Assembly (NCBI GenBank): GCA_046757405.1
Contig: JBHHYE010000010.1
Location: 19,386 to 83,385 of the forward strand
Source: Acidobacteriota bacterium
GTDB taxonomy: Bacteria; Acidobacteriota; Polarisedimenticolia; SMYD01
Direction of reading: 5' to 3'
Length of the DNA: 64,000 nt
Part shown: positions 19,319-29,800 of the stretch, one piece after another
Numbering within the stretch: position 1 is the stretch's first letter
How the letters are laid out: every line of letters starts with the position of its first letter
Position numbers and translations under genes: made by a program
Notes under the pieces: generated by a model
Told to the model about the DNA's origin: nothing
Databases searched by the model: none
The model's input: the letters and a program-made list of their open reading frames with translations, nothing else

Positions 19319-21526
19319 ATGGGAACGCCCGGCGATCATGGCATGATCCTGGATGGGCGGGAGAGCATCGGGGAGCTCATCTCGCTTCTGGGACACTCGA
19401 ACCTCCGGGTCCGCCGCTCCGCGATTGCAGCCCTGGTGGAGAGGGAGCCCTCTGAAACCCTTCCGGGCGTGCTGGCGGCCCTGGGGGATCAGGAGAACGC
19501 CGCCGCCCGCAGCGCAGCGGGCGATGTCTTGCTGCGGTACGGGCAGCGTATCCTGGAACCTTTGACCCGCACCCTGGATCCGGATGGCCACCGGGACCGG
19601 ACCATCCAGCTCCTGGATATTCTGGCGTGTATCCCGGCCCGGGCCACCGTCAAGGCCGTGATTCCTCTGGCTTCCCATCCCGACCCGTCGGTGGCCGCCA
19701 GTGCCATCAGCTGCCTCGGGACCCTGCGCGATCCTTCATCGGTTCCGACCCTGCTGGAAGTCTTGGACAGCCAGAAGCGCTGGCAAACGTTCTATGCCAT
19801 CGATGCGCTTGGAGAAGTGGGGCATGCGGCTGCGGTGAACCGCCTGGTGCCGCTGATCAAGGATCCCTATTACCGCAAGGCGGTGCTCCGGGCACTGGGA
19901 AAGATTGGCGATGAGTCAGCGGTTGGTCCCCTGGTGGAGGCCCTGGCGGCGGGGACGCCGCCTCCTGACCGGACAGCGCTGGCGTCTCTCGACGAAATGG
20001 TGGAGCGCTCCCGGAGTTCGCTGGGGCGGGAGAGCTTGATCGCCCGGATCCGTGGAGAGCTGCGGATCCGGCAGGATGCGGCCCTCATCGACGGTCTGGC
20101 CCAGCTATTGCGGGAGGGCGCCATCGAGACGCGATGCCAGGCGGCGCGCGTCCTCGGCTGGATGGGCGGCAAGGAGGTGGCGGCGCCACTGGTCCATGCG
20201 TGTGGCGAGCCTTTTCTCGCGGACACGGCGGCCCAGGCTCTCCAGAGTCTCGAAGGCGGGCATGTGGAGGAGATCCTGGATGCGATGCGCTCGGTGGCTC
20301 TTTCGGGACTTGCGCTGTGCCGGCTCATCAAGATCCTGGCGGGTACGCTGACCGAGCGGACGGAACAGTTCTTCATCATGGCGCTTGAACACGAGGAGGA
20401 AGACGTCCGGCAGGCCGCGGCGGCGGCGCTGGCCCGGGCTGCTGAAGGTCGGTACCTGGAGATCCTCGTGCGCGTCCTGGGCGACCCGGCGCCCTTGGTG
20501 TCCAGCGAGGCGGTGAAAGGACTGACGGCGATTGCCGAGCGGTCGGAAGCCCTGCGCGAGCACGTGGCCGGCCGGGTCGAGGGGTTGACGGCCTCGCCTT
20601 CCCCCGAGATGCGGGGAGCCGCCCTCCAGGTCATCGCTAGACTGCATGGAGATGGAGCCGGGGAGATCCTCGACCTGGCCCTGCATGACCCCGTGGCCGT
20701 CGTCCGGCGGACCGCTGTGGCCTTGCTGGGGGAGGATCCCGATCCCGATCGCCTGTGGCGGCTCAGCGTGGCGCTGGCCGATGAGGATTCGCGGGTGCGG
20801 GAAGAAGCGGTTCACGCGGTGGGCCGTCTGCAAGACCAGAGAGCCCGCGGCGTTCTCCTCTCTTCCTTGCACGATCGGAGCCCCTGGGTCAGGTGCCGCG
20901 CGGCGCGGGCCCTGTCCGACCATCCCGCGGCGGAAGTCCGGGTGGCCTTGGAGCAGGTGGTCCGGAACGATATCTTGCCGGTCAAGGTTGCCGCCATCGA
21001 AGCTCTTGCATCACTCTGGCCCGCGACCCGGGACTTCTTGGTCGAAGGGACCCGGAGCCAGGAAGCGGAAATCCGGCGGGCCTGTCTGGTCGCCCTGGCG
21101 CGCCGGGAAGGGGACGCGCCCATGGAGGTCCTCGCGGGCGCTCTCGAGGACCCGGCCTGGCCAGTGCGTTGCGCGGCGGCGGAAGCCCTGGGAGCAAGCG
21201 GAGACGCGGCGGCCTTCGAGCCGGTCTCCCGAGCTCTGGATCGGGAGAGGGATGGCTCCGTGCGCCGGGCCCTGATCGGCGCTCTTTACCACTTGGATGC
21301 CGAATCGGCGTTGCCTTTTCTCATCGCCGGCCTGTCCGAGAAGGATATTGCCGATACGGCCGGAGAACTGCTGGTCCGCGGGCGAACTCTGTTTGCAGAC
21401 GAGCTCCGGGCCGAGTGGGCTTCGGAAATGGACCCGGCGATCCGGGAAGGGCTGGCGGTGGTCCTCGAGGAGGTCGGGAGGCGGGAAGCCCAGGGAACGG
21501 CGGCAGAAGAAGGCGGCCCGTCGTGA
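19319..21526 (+). CDS. HEAT/PBS-lyase-like repeat protein (735 aa)
   Basis: More than 12 tandem ~30-aa HEAT-like repeats ('VRRSAIAALV', 'VRCRAARALSDH', 'VRCAAAEALGASGD' etc.) embedded between cheW and cheR. Confidence 0.7.
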   Translation: MGTPGDHGMILDGRESIGELISLLGHSNLRVRRSAIAALVEREPSETLPGVLAALGDQENAAARSAAGDVLLRYGQRILEPLTRTLDPDGHRDRTIQLLDILACIPARATVKAVIPLASHPDPSVAASAISCLGTLRDPSSVPTLLEVLDSQKRWQTFYAIDALGEVGHAAAVNRLVPLIKDPYYRKAVLRALGKIGDESAVGPLVEALAAGTPPPDRTALASLDEMVERSRSSLGRESLIARIRGELRIRQDAALIDGLAQLLREGAIETRCQAARVLGWMGGKEVAAPLVHACGEPFLADTAAQALQSLEGGHVEEILDAMRSVALSGLALCRLIKILAGTLTERTEQFFIMALEHEEEDVRQAAAAALARAAEGRYLEILVRVLGDPAPLVSSEAVKGLTAIAERSEALREHVAGRVEGLTASPSPEMRGAALQVIARLHGDGAGEILDLALHDPVAVVRRTAVALLGEDPDPDRLWRLSVALADEDSRVREEAVHAVGRLQDQRARGVLLSSLHDRSPWVRCRAARALSDHPAAEVRVALEQVVRNDILPVKVAAIEALASLWPATRDFLVEGTRSQEAEIRRACLVALARREGDAPMEVLAGALEDPAWPVRCAAAEALGASGDAAAFEPVSRALDRERDGSVRRALIGALYHLDAESALPFLIAGLSEKDIADTAGELLVRGRTLFADELRAEWASEMDPAIREGLAVVLEEVGRREAQGTAAEEGGPS

Positions 21527-22395
21527 ACGAGTCCGCGAACCTCTCCTTTTCGGCCGACCTGGCACCGCCGAAGCTTTCCGAGGACAGCCTCAGGCTGGTC
21601 CTGGAGCTGCTCAACCGGCGCTTCGGCTTCCAGTTCCATCGCTCATCCCAGGAGATGGCCCGGACCCGGATTGCGCGTCACATGGAGGAACTGGGCCTCG
21701 CCGATCTTCGTGATTATTACTACCGGTTGTTGTATGACCCGGAAGGGGACGCCGAACTGGACAATCTCTTCGAGCTCTTGGTCAACAACGAGACCTATTT
21801 CTTTCGCGAGGAGAGCCAGATCTGGACCTTTGCGGATGAAATTCTCTCCCAGCGTCTCACGGCCCGGCCAGAGAGCCGGATTCGGGTCTGGTGTGCAGGA
21901 TGTTCCACGGGCGAGGAACCTTATTCTCTGGCCATCGCAACTCTCGAACGCCAGGGGCCCAGGGCGAACCGGGTGGAGATCTTCGGCTCGGACCAGTCCA
22001 GAAAGGCCCTCGATCGCGGCCGCATGGGCAACTTCAGCTCGTTTGCTTTCAGGAGCACCCCCCCTGAACTGCGAAAAAAATACTTCGAGGCGGAGAGCAA
22101 GAACCGCTGGCGAATCGTTCCCGCGGTCCGGCGGATGGTGCAGTTCGGGAGATGCAATCTTCTGGGGTCGGCGGGAGATTTGCCTCTGGTCAAGTTTGAC
22201 GCCATCTTTTGCCGCAACGTGCTGATCTACTTTGATCGAGAGGCCAGGCGCCAGGTGATCAATCTCTTCTATGAGCGGCTGGCGGAGGGCGGATACCTCT
22301 TCCTGGGCCACTCGGAGTCGCTCCTGGATCTTTCGGACCGCTTCGAGTTCGCCCAACTGAGCCAGGACGTTGCCTACCGGCGGGACGCGCCATGA
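21523..22395 (+). CDS. cheR: Chemotaxis protein methyltransferase CheR
   Basis: GTG start overlaps the HEAT-protein stop (GTGA). 'ETYFFRE', 'RVWCAGCSTGEEPYSLAI', 'FDAIFCRNVLIYFD'. Confidence 0.9.
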   Translation: MNESANLSFSADLAPPKLSEDSLRLVLELLNRRFGFQFHRSSQEMARTRIARHMEELGLADLRDYYYRLLYDPEGDAELDNLFELLVNNETYFFREESQIWTFADEILSQRLTARPESRIRVWCAGCSTGEEPYSLAIATLERQGPRANRVEIFGSDQSRKALDRGRMGNFSSFAFRSTPPELRKKYFEAESKNRWRIVPAVRRMVQFGRCNLLGSAGDLPLVKFDAIFCRNVLIYFDREARRQVINLFYERLAEGGYLFLGHSESLLDLSDRFEFAQLSQDVAYRRDAP

Positions 22396-23528
22396 GACGC
22401 GTTCTCATCGTCGATGACTCGGCTTTCAACCGGGTGACCCTGGAGCGCGCCCTCCGGGATGTTCCCGGGATTCAGGTCGTGGGCACCGCAGTGGACGGTT
22501 ATGATGCCATTCGCCAGATCCGGCGGTGGCAACCGCACGTCATGACCCTCGACCTGGAAATGCCGCGGATGGATGGTCTGAGCCTGATTCGCTGGGTCAT
22601 GCAGCGCCACCCGCTGCCCATCCTGGTGGTGACGTCACGGGAATCAAATTACTCCCTTTTCGAGGCGCTGGAGCTCGGAGCGCTTGATTTTGTCCTCAAG
22701 CCGGGAAGGGTCAGCCCGGATCTGGCTTCCATTCGCCAGGATCTGATCACCAAGATCCATCAGGTCGTGGATATTCCCATGCACGCGCGCCGGTACCGGC
22801 CGGGGGATCACCGGACAGCCGCGGACACGCCGCCAGCGCCGGCGGTTTGCCTGGAACCACTGGCCGCGGGCCATGTGCCCCGGGTGATTGCCATGGTGGC
22901 ATCCACCGGCGGGCCGGCTGCTCTGCAAGTCATTCTCAGAGCGCTGCCCGGGACGTTCCCGATTCCCATCATCGTGGTCCAGCACATGCCGTCCCATTTC
23001 ACGCAGGCCTTTGCCAGACGTCTGGACGAGACCGCTTCCTTGAAGGTGGTGGAGGCCAGGAAAGGCGAGCAGGTCCTTCCGGGCATGGTCTTGATCGCGC
23101 CGGGCGGCTCCCACATGATGCTGGTCGAGGGGAGCCAGCGAAGCTTGTGGATTGCGCTCCGCCCGGGCCTCGAGACGGATCCGTACATTCCCTCCGGCGA
23201 CCGACTCCTGGCATCGGTGGCGGCGGTTTGCGGGGACGCTGGAGCGGGGGTGATCCTCACCGGCATGGGACAGGACGGATGCCAGGGCCTGAAACGGTTG
23301 CGCGAAGCGGGCGGGCTCACCATGGCCGAATCCGAGGAGTCGGCCGTGGTCTACGGCATGCCGCGGCATGCCCTCGCGGCCGGAGCGGTGCAGGAGATCA
23401 TGCCTCTGGAGCAGATCGTGGCCCAGATCAAACTGATGGGCCAGGCGGCGGCATCCGCCGCTCTTGGCGGACCGGCGACCCAGGCTACGGATCGATTCGC
23501 CGCCCAGGAGAGAAGGGAGAACGCATGA
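22392..23528 (+). CDS. cheB: Chemotaxis response regulator protein-glutamate methylesterase CheB
   Basis: N-terminal REC ('VLIVDDSAFNR', 'MTLDLEMPRMDG'); C-terminal methylesterase ('ASTGGPAAL', 'VVQHMP', 'GMGQDG'). Confidence 0.9.
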   Translation: MRRVLIVDDSAFNRVTLERALRDVPGIQVVGTAVDGYDAIRQIRRWQPHVMTLDLEMPRMDGLSLIRWVMQRHPLPILVVTSRESNYSLFEALELGALDFVLKPGRVSPDLASIRQDLITKIHQVVDIPMHARRYRPGDHRTAADTPPAPAVCLEPLAAGHVPRVIAMVASTGGPAALQVILRALPGTFPIPIIVVQHMPSHFTQAFARRLDETASLKVVEARKGEQVLPGMVLIAPGGSHMMLVEGSQRSLWIALRPGLETDPYIPSGDRLLASVAAVCGDAGAGVILTGMGQDGCQGLKRLREAGGLTMAESEESAVVYGMPRHALAAGAVQEIMPLEQIVAQIKLMGQAAASAALGGPATQATDRFAAQERRENA

Positions 23529-24394
23529 CGAGAGAGTACTGGAGAGGGAGCCTGGCCCCTACGGCTTACCTCGATGCCGCTCTGCAGAGCGTGCGGGACG
23601 CCTGCGAAAAACTGGTTGAGGAAAACCGTGTTCTCCGAGCCGATCCCAAGCGGCCGGTTGGCATTCAGCCGGAGCAGATGAAGGTCCTGGAGGAACGGAT
23701 CGCGCAGCTGGAAGCCGAAAACCGCGGGCTCCACCAAGCCGTTGTGTCTGCGGTGGATCAGCAGGCGTCCCGTCAGGAGGACCTCCTCGCCAGTCTCTAC
23801 GTGGCCGGCTTCCAGTTGCATCGCTCCCTGGACATGGATGCGGTGGTGTCGTCGATGAAGGAAATTCTCATCAACCTGGTCGGCGCAGCGAGCTTTCTCA
23901 TTTATCTCCATGATGCCCGGGATCGCAGCCTCATCCGGATCGCTGATGAAAGTAACGCTGCGCCGCGACTCCGGCGCATGGCCGTGGGCGAAGGAATCCT
24001 GGGGGTGGTGGTCAAGACGGGGATTGCGTACTTTGACCAGGAATCGCCCCAGGGCGACTACCACAACCCGATCGCCTGCATCCCGCTCAGAGTCAAGACG
24101 GAGGTCGTGGGGCTCATCCAGATCTGCACCCTGCTGGTCCAGAAGGGCCAGCTCAATGCGCAGGATCACGAGTTGCTCTCCATGCTGGCGGAGCATGGCG
24201 GTATCGCCCTCCTGGCCGCGAGTCTTCACCGCCGGTACCGGAAGGAGGCGGAAGCGGAATCCCTGTGCTGGAGCGATGTGCTCCTCCCGTCCCTGGAATG
24301 CCCGGATGTGGACCCTGTCTTGAGAATCAGCGATGGCCAGGGGAACGGCGCGTCCAGCGCGGCCGGGACCACGGCTGGGGAGGAGAGGGGATGA
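23525..24394 (+). CDS. Coiled-coil + GAF-domain protein
   Basis: ATG overlaps the cheB stop (ATGA). N-terminal heptad coiled coil ('MKVLEERIAQLEAENRGL'); GAF-like core ('GILGVVVKTGIAYF', 'IPLRVKTEVVGLIQI'). Confidence 0.55.
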   Translation: MTREYWRGSLAPTAYLDAALQSVRDACEKLVEENRVLRADPKRPVGIQPEQMKVLEERIAQLEAENRGLHQAVVSAVDQQASRQEDLLASLYVAGFQLHRSLDMDAVVSSMKEILINLVGAASFLIYLHDARDRSLIRIADESNAAPRLRRMAVGEGILGVVVKTGIAYFDQESPQGDYHNPIACIPLRVKTEVVGLIQICTLLVQKGQLNAQDHELLSMLAEHGGIALLAASLHRRYRKEAEAESLCWSDVLLPSLECPDVDPVLRISDGQGNGASSAAGTTAGEERG

Positions 24395-24795
24395 TGGAGA
24401 CCCTGAATTTCCTGGTGGTGGAGGATTCACCGACCATGAGGCAACTCATCAGCTTTCCCCTGCGGCGGTTCTCCGATTGCCGCATCATCGAGGCGGTGGA
24501 CGGGGCGGACGCGCTGCGGAAACTGGCCTTCGAGCCGGTTGATATCGTCATCACCGACATCAACATGCCGATCATGGACGGCTTGAAGCTCGTGAGTGTG
24601 GTGCGCAGCAACCCGGGGACGGAGACTCTTCCCATCATCATCGTCACCACCGAGGGAGCCGAGGAGGACCGCCGGCGCGGGATGGCTCTGGGGGCGGATG
24701 CTTACGTGGCGAAGCCTATCGAGGGGGATGAGCTGATCCGAACGGTGACGGATGTCCTCCGGAAGCGCGGCCTGACCAGTCCGGCTGTGACTTGA
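24391..24795 (+). CDS. cheY: CheY-like single-domain response regulator (second copy)
   Basis: ATG overlaps the GAF stop (ATGA). 'FLVVEDSPTMR', 'DIVITDINMPIMDG', 'PIIIVTT', 'YVAKP'. Confidence 0.85.
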   Translation: MMETLNFLVVEDSPTMRQLISFPLRRFSDCRIIEAVDGADALRKLAFEPVDIVITDINMPIMDGLKLVSVVRSNPGTETLPIIIVTTEGAEEDRRRGMALGADAYVAKPIEGDELIRTVTDVLRKRGLTSPAVT

Positions 24796-24827
24796 CCGTT
24801 GCCAGGAGCCGCGCCTAACATCGGCGG

Positions 24828-25355
24828 GTGCCTCACCCCCGGAGAGTGGCTGCCTGTCTGGTCTCGATGATTCTCTTGGGGTGGACTGCGTGTGGTTACC
24901 GCCTGGTGGGCCGGGGCGGATTTCTCCCTCCGGGCATCCAGTCGATCGGCGTGCCCACCTTCGCGAACCTCACCGACCGGCCGGAGCTGGAACAGCGAAT
25001 TTCCGAGGAGATCCTGACCCAGCTGCAGACCCGAACCCGGCGTCGCACGTCGGCGGTGGGAACGGGAGTGGATGCCGTCCTCAGGGGAGAAGTCACGAGT
25101 TTTCGTTCGGTGCCTGTCGAGTTCAATCCGGACGGCCGGGCGCGCACGATCGAGGTGACCATCACGGTGCGGGCCAGCCTGACCTCCACCGCGGACCACC
25201 AGGTGATCTGGGCCGCCGATCATTTTGTCTTTCGCGAGAGTTACCCGGTCGGGGAACAGGCCATCCAGTTCGTGGACCAGGAAACCTTGGCGCTGGAAAG
25301 CGTGGCCGGAGACTTTGCCGAGGCGGTGGTCACGTCGATCCTGGAAGGATTCTAG
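24828..25355 (+). CDS. lptE: LPS-assembly lipoprotein LptE-like
   Basis: Signal + 'LLGWTACGYRLVGRG' (LptE-like 'CGFHLRG' N-terminus); conserved position immediately upstream of holA. Confidence 0.65.
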   Translation: MPHPRRVAACLVSMILLGWTACGYRLVGRGGFLPPGIQSIGVPTFANLTDRPELEQRISEEILTQLQTRTRRRTSAVGTGVDAVLRGEVTSFRSVPVEFNPDGRARTIEVTITVRASLTSTADHQVIWAADHFVFRESYPVGEQAIQFVDQETLALESVAGDFAEAVVTSILEGF

Positions 25356-25361
25356 CCGGCG

Positions 25362-26417
25362 GTGAATGAGTCCGGTTTCACGGTGCTGGACGCGGCCCTG
25401 GGACAGGCTCCTCCGGAGTCTCTCTACCTCCTGGTCGGAGCCAACCTGTGGGAGCGAGAGCGCTGTCTTGAAAGACTCCAGCGCGCGGTTCTGGGTGATG
25501 GCGGTCTTCTGGGTTTCACCCAGAGCCGAGCCGGGGACGGCCGGGTCGCGGACCTGCTGGACGCGGCCCGGACGCTGCCCATGGGCGGGGGACGCCGCCT
25601 CATCGTCCTCAAGGATTGTGAGGCGCTGGAGCGGGAGGATCTGGAACAGCTCGCCGCCTACGCCGTTCATCCGCAGGAAACCACCTGTCTTGTCCTCGTG
25701 GCGGATGCGCTCCCTTCGACCCGGAAGACCACGAAGATCCTGTACCGGCAAGGTGTGACGGTGAAGTGCCCCCTCCTCCGTGCCCACGAGATTCCCAGGT
25801 GGATGGCCTCCGTGATCCGGCGCCGCGGGTTCAGCCATGACCCGGGGGTTCCCGAGATCCTGGTCGAGACGCTGGGCCACGACCAGGCAACCCTGGTGGC
25901 CGGCCTGGAGACGATCGCCCTCTATCTGGGCGGGAAATCGGCGCAGAGGATCACCCCTTCCATCGTGAATGCCGTTCTCGTGCCCATGGCCCATGGCACG
26001 GTCTGGGAATTCATCGAGGCCCTGGAGGAAAAAAATGCTCCGCTGGCGCTGGCGAGGCTGGGCTCGATGCTGGACCTGGGCGAGTCTGTCGAGTCTCTCC
26101 TCCGCCTGGTGACGCGCAGCCGGAAGCAGCTCCTGGCGGGAGTCGCAGCCCGGCAGGAGGGGGGCGGGGAGGAGGCCGTTCTCGAGGCGATGGGAGTCCA
26201 TCCCCGGGCGCGAGCCGTGCCAAGGGTGCGCCGGGCGATTCTGAGCCGCCTGGCGCGGCACACCCAGGACGAGCTGGTCCACGGGCTGGACCGGGTGCTG
26301 GACGCCGACTCCCAGATGAAAGGGGGCGGCCCGGGGAATCCGGACGTGGTCCTCACCCGCCTGGTTCTGGACCTGTGCCGGGCCGGGTCATTTCCGGGGG
26401 CCCGGACGGGCGCTTGA
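25362..26417 (+). CDS. holA: DNA polymerase III delta subunit
   Basis: GTG start; 'LYLLVGANLWERERCLE', delta-subunit clamp-loader fold pattern; lptE-holA synteny. Confidence 0.8.
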   Translation: MNESGFTVLDAALGQAPPESLYLLVGANLWERERCLERLQRAVLGDGGLLGFTQSRAGDGRVADLLDAARTLPMGGGRRLIVLKDCEALEREDLEQLAAYAVHPQETTCLVLVADALPSTRKTTKILYRQGVTVKCPLLRAHEIPRWMASVIRRRGFSHDPGVPEILVETLGHDQATLVAGLETIALYLGGKSAQRITPSIVNAVLVPMAHGTVWEFIEALEEKNAPLALARLGSMLDLGESVESLLRLVTRSRKQLLAGVAARQEGGGEEAVLEAMGVHPRARAVPRVRRAILSRLARHTQDELVHGLDRVLDADSQMKGGGPGNPDVVLTRLVLDLCRAGSFPGARTGA

Positions 26418-26463
26418 GCTTCCGACCGTGGGTCACTAGACTCGGTTCATCCTGCCGGTCATC

Positions 26464-26483
26464 CACCCGAGGGCCCGGGTGGA
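26464..26483 (+). terminator. GC-rich hairpin (7-bp stem CCACCCG/CGGGTGG, 6-nt loop) downstream of holA
   Basis: Perfect inverted repeat 47 nt after the holA stop, followed by a U-containing 'AGUCUGUUCGUGG'; weak T tract, so attenuator or terminator is uncertain. Confidence 0.3.
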
Positions 26484-26517
26484 GTCTGTTCGTGGCGCAG
26501 GCTGAAGGGGGATAGGG

Positions 26518-26829
26518 ATGTCTCAGGAGATGGCCGGAGAGAAACCCAAGAAGCCTCGAGCCAGCCGGGTGGAGATCAAGCTCCCGGATCACCTGGCAGG
26601 AGGGGTCTATGCCAACAACATGGTTGTCTCTCACACCCGCGAGGAGTTCGTCCTCGATTTCCTGGCTGTTTTTCATCCGCGCGCCGGGGTGGTGAGCGCC
26701 CGCGTGGTCTTGAGTCCGGGACACCTGAAGCGCGTAGTCCGCGCCCTCACGGAGAATCTGTCCCGCTATGAAGCCCGTTTCGGAGAGTTGATCGAGGCGG
26801 CGTCGCCGGAAGACGGCAAGGTGCAGTAG
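26518..26829 (+). CDS. DUF3467-family small protein
   Basis: 'KLPDHLAGGVYANNMVVSHTREEFVLDF' matches the DUF3467 signature as I recall it. Confidence 0.6.
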   Translation: MSQEMAGEKPKKPRASRVEIKLPDHLAGGVYANNMVVSHTREEFVLDFLAVFHPRAGVVSARVVLSPGHLKRVVRALTENLSRYEARFGELIEAASPEDGKVQ

Positions 26830-29800
26830 TGGCCCAGGCTCCCTCCTTTGTCCACCTTCACAACCATTCGGAGTACTCCCTTCTGGACGGCTCATGCCGT
26901 TTGAAGGCGCTGGTCCGCCGGGCGCGAGAGTTCGGCCAACCGGCCGTGGCCATCACCGATCATGGCAACCTGTTTGGAGCCTTGAAGTTCTATCATCTGG
27001 CCCGGCGGGCCTCCGTGAAGCCGATCATCGGGATGGAGGCCTACTTGGCGGTCGGCTCGCGCCGGGACCGGGGGCAGGCGGGGGGCGCGAAATCGCGCAA
27101 ACCGTATCATCACATGATCCTGCTGGCCCGGGATTATCCGGGCTACAAGAACCTTCTGAAGCTGAGCTCGGTGGGGTACACCGAAGGTTTCTACTACCGC
27201 CCGCGCATCGACCGGGAGGTGCTCGCGAAGCACGCGGAAGGGCTCATCGGCACCTCAGGATGCCTGGGAGGCGAGATCCCGCAGCTGCTGCTGGCGGGAC
27301 GCACCGCGGACGCCGAGAGGGTGTGCCGGGAATTCGCCGAGATCTTCGGAGACGAGAACTTCTACATCGAGCTCCAGGACCAGGGTCTCGAAGAGGAGCG
27401 GGAGATCCTTCCGGGTTTGCTGTCTCTTTCCGCGCGGACCGGAGTTCCGCTGGTGGCCACGAATGATTGCCACTACCTGCAAGCGGAGGATCATTTTTCC
27501 CACGATGTTCTGATCTGCATTCAGACCGGAAAAACCATCGACCAACCGCGCTCCCTGCGCTTCACGGACCAGCACTACTTCAAGAACACCGAGGAGATGC
27601 GCGGCCGGTTTGCCGAGTGGCCCGAGGCGCTGGAAAATACCCTGAGGATTGCGGAAAGGTGCGACCTGATCCTGCCGGACAGCGGGTACCAGCTGCCTCA
27701 TTTCAAGGTCCCGGAGGGCCGCACCCCGGACGACTACTTCCAGGCCAAGGTGGAAGAGGGGTTCGAGAGGCGCCGGGAGACCTGGGAGCGGCTCCGCCGG
27801 GCCGGGGTCTTGCGGCACGATCTTGCCGACTACCGGGACCGTCTGGAAACCGAGATGAAATGCATCATTCAGATGGGGTTCCCGGGATATTTCCTCATCG
27901 TCTGGGATCTGATCCGGCACGCCCGCGAGCGCGGCATCCCGGTGGGACCCGGGCGGGGCTCGGCGGCCGGCTCCCTGGTGGCCTACTGTCTTCATATCAC
28001 CGACATCGATCCTCTGCAGTACGACCTGCTTTTCGAGCGGTTCCTGAATCCCGAGCGCATCACCATGCCGGATATCGATATTGATTTCTGCATGAAGGGG
28101 CGCAGCGAGGTGATCGATTATGTCACCGAGAAGTACGGCCGGGATAATGTGGCCCAGATCATCACATTCGGGACCATGGCGGCGCGGGCGTCCATCCGGG
28201 ACGCGGGACGGGGTCTGAACATTCCCTACGCCCGGGTCGATCGCATCGCCAAGCTGGTGCCGGCGGCCCTGGATGCGACCATCGACAAGAGCCTCGAATC
28301 GGTGCCCGAGCTCCGGGAGTTACACAGCTCCGAGCCGGAGATCAAACGGCTCCTGGAGGTGGCGCGGCGCCTGGAGGGCCTGCCGCGCCATGCTTCCACC
28401 CATGCCGCGGGGGTCGTCATCGCGCCGGCGCCCATCACCGATTTCGCGCCGCTCTACCAGGTCAAGGAGGGCGAGCGCACCACTCAGTTCTCCATGGGCG
28501 ACCTCGAGTCCATCGGGCTCCTGAAGATGGATTTCCTGGGGCTCAAGACCTTGACGCTGATCGCCGCCGTCCTGGCCAGCATCGAGGCCGGGCGGGGCGA
28601 ACAGCTCGACTTCAGCCAGCTGGGGCTGGAGGATCCGGCGACCTACGACCTCTTCAGCCGGGGCGCCACCAGCGGAGTCTTCCAGTTCGAATCGGACGGC
28701 ATGAAAGATATCCTTCGCAAGCTTCGCCCGGATCGCTTCGAGGATCTTGTGGCCTTGAATGCGCTGTATCGGCCCGGCCCGCTCCAGGGCGGGCTGGTCG
28801 ACGATTTCATCAAGCGCCGCCACGGGAAGGTTCAGGTGGAATATGTGGTGCCGGAATTACGGGAGATCCTGGAGGAGACCTACGGCGTCATCGTCTACCA
28901 AGAACAGGTCATGAAGATCGCCTCCCGGATCGGCGGCTTCTCCCTGGGGGAAGCGGATCTCCTCCGGCGGGCCATGGGGAAGAAAAAGAGGCAGCTCCTG
29001 GCCGCCCAGCGCAAGCGCTTCCTGGACGGGGCCGCGAAGAGAGGCCTTCATCGTCGCCAGGCGGAAACGATTTTCGAGCAGATGGAATTCTTCGCCGGTT
29101 ATGGTTTCAACAAATCCCATTCGGCCGCCTATGCGCTCATTGCGTACCGGACCGCCTACCTCAAGGCCCACTACCCGGTGGATTTCATGGCCGGCTTGCT
29201 GACCTCGGAATGCAACCATTCGGACAAGCTCGTGGCTTATCTCAACGAATGCCGCGACATGGGGATTGCGGTCCGGCCGCCGGACATCAATCAGTCCGGG
29301 AAGAATTTTCTCGCCGAGGAGGGCGCCATCCGGTTCGGTCTTTCGGCGGTGAAAAACGTCGGCGAGGCGGCGGTGGACGCTATTCTGGCGGCAAGGCAGA
29401 AACGGGGACCGTTTCGTTCGCTCGAGGCGCTGGCGCGGGAAGTTGACCTGAGGCAGGTCAACAGGAGGGTTTTCGAGGCCCTGGTGAAGAGCGGGTGCAC
29501 CGATTCCATCTTTGCAGTCCGGGCCCGGCTGATGGCGGGTCTTGATGGCGTGCTGGAGGCCGCCCAGAAGGCTCAAAAGGATCAGGCGACCGGCCAGGCG
29601 TCCCTGTTCGGAGCGGTGGGCGAGACTCCGGCTCCGCAGGAGGCGTCCCTGCCCGCATGCGAACCCTGGACAGACCACGAGACGCTGGGCTTCGAGAAGG
29701 AAGCGCTGGGGTTCTACCTCAGCGGGCACCCGCTGGAGGATTATGCCCGGGAGGTGAAGGATTTCGGCACCCACACCACCGCCGATTTGCGGCGCGGTGC

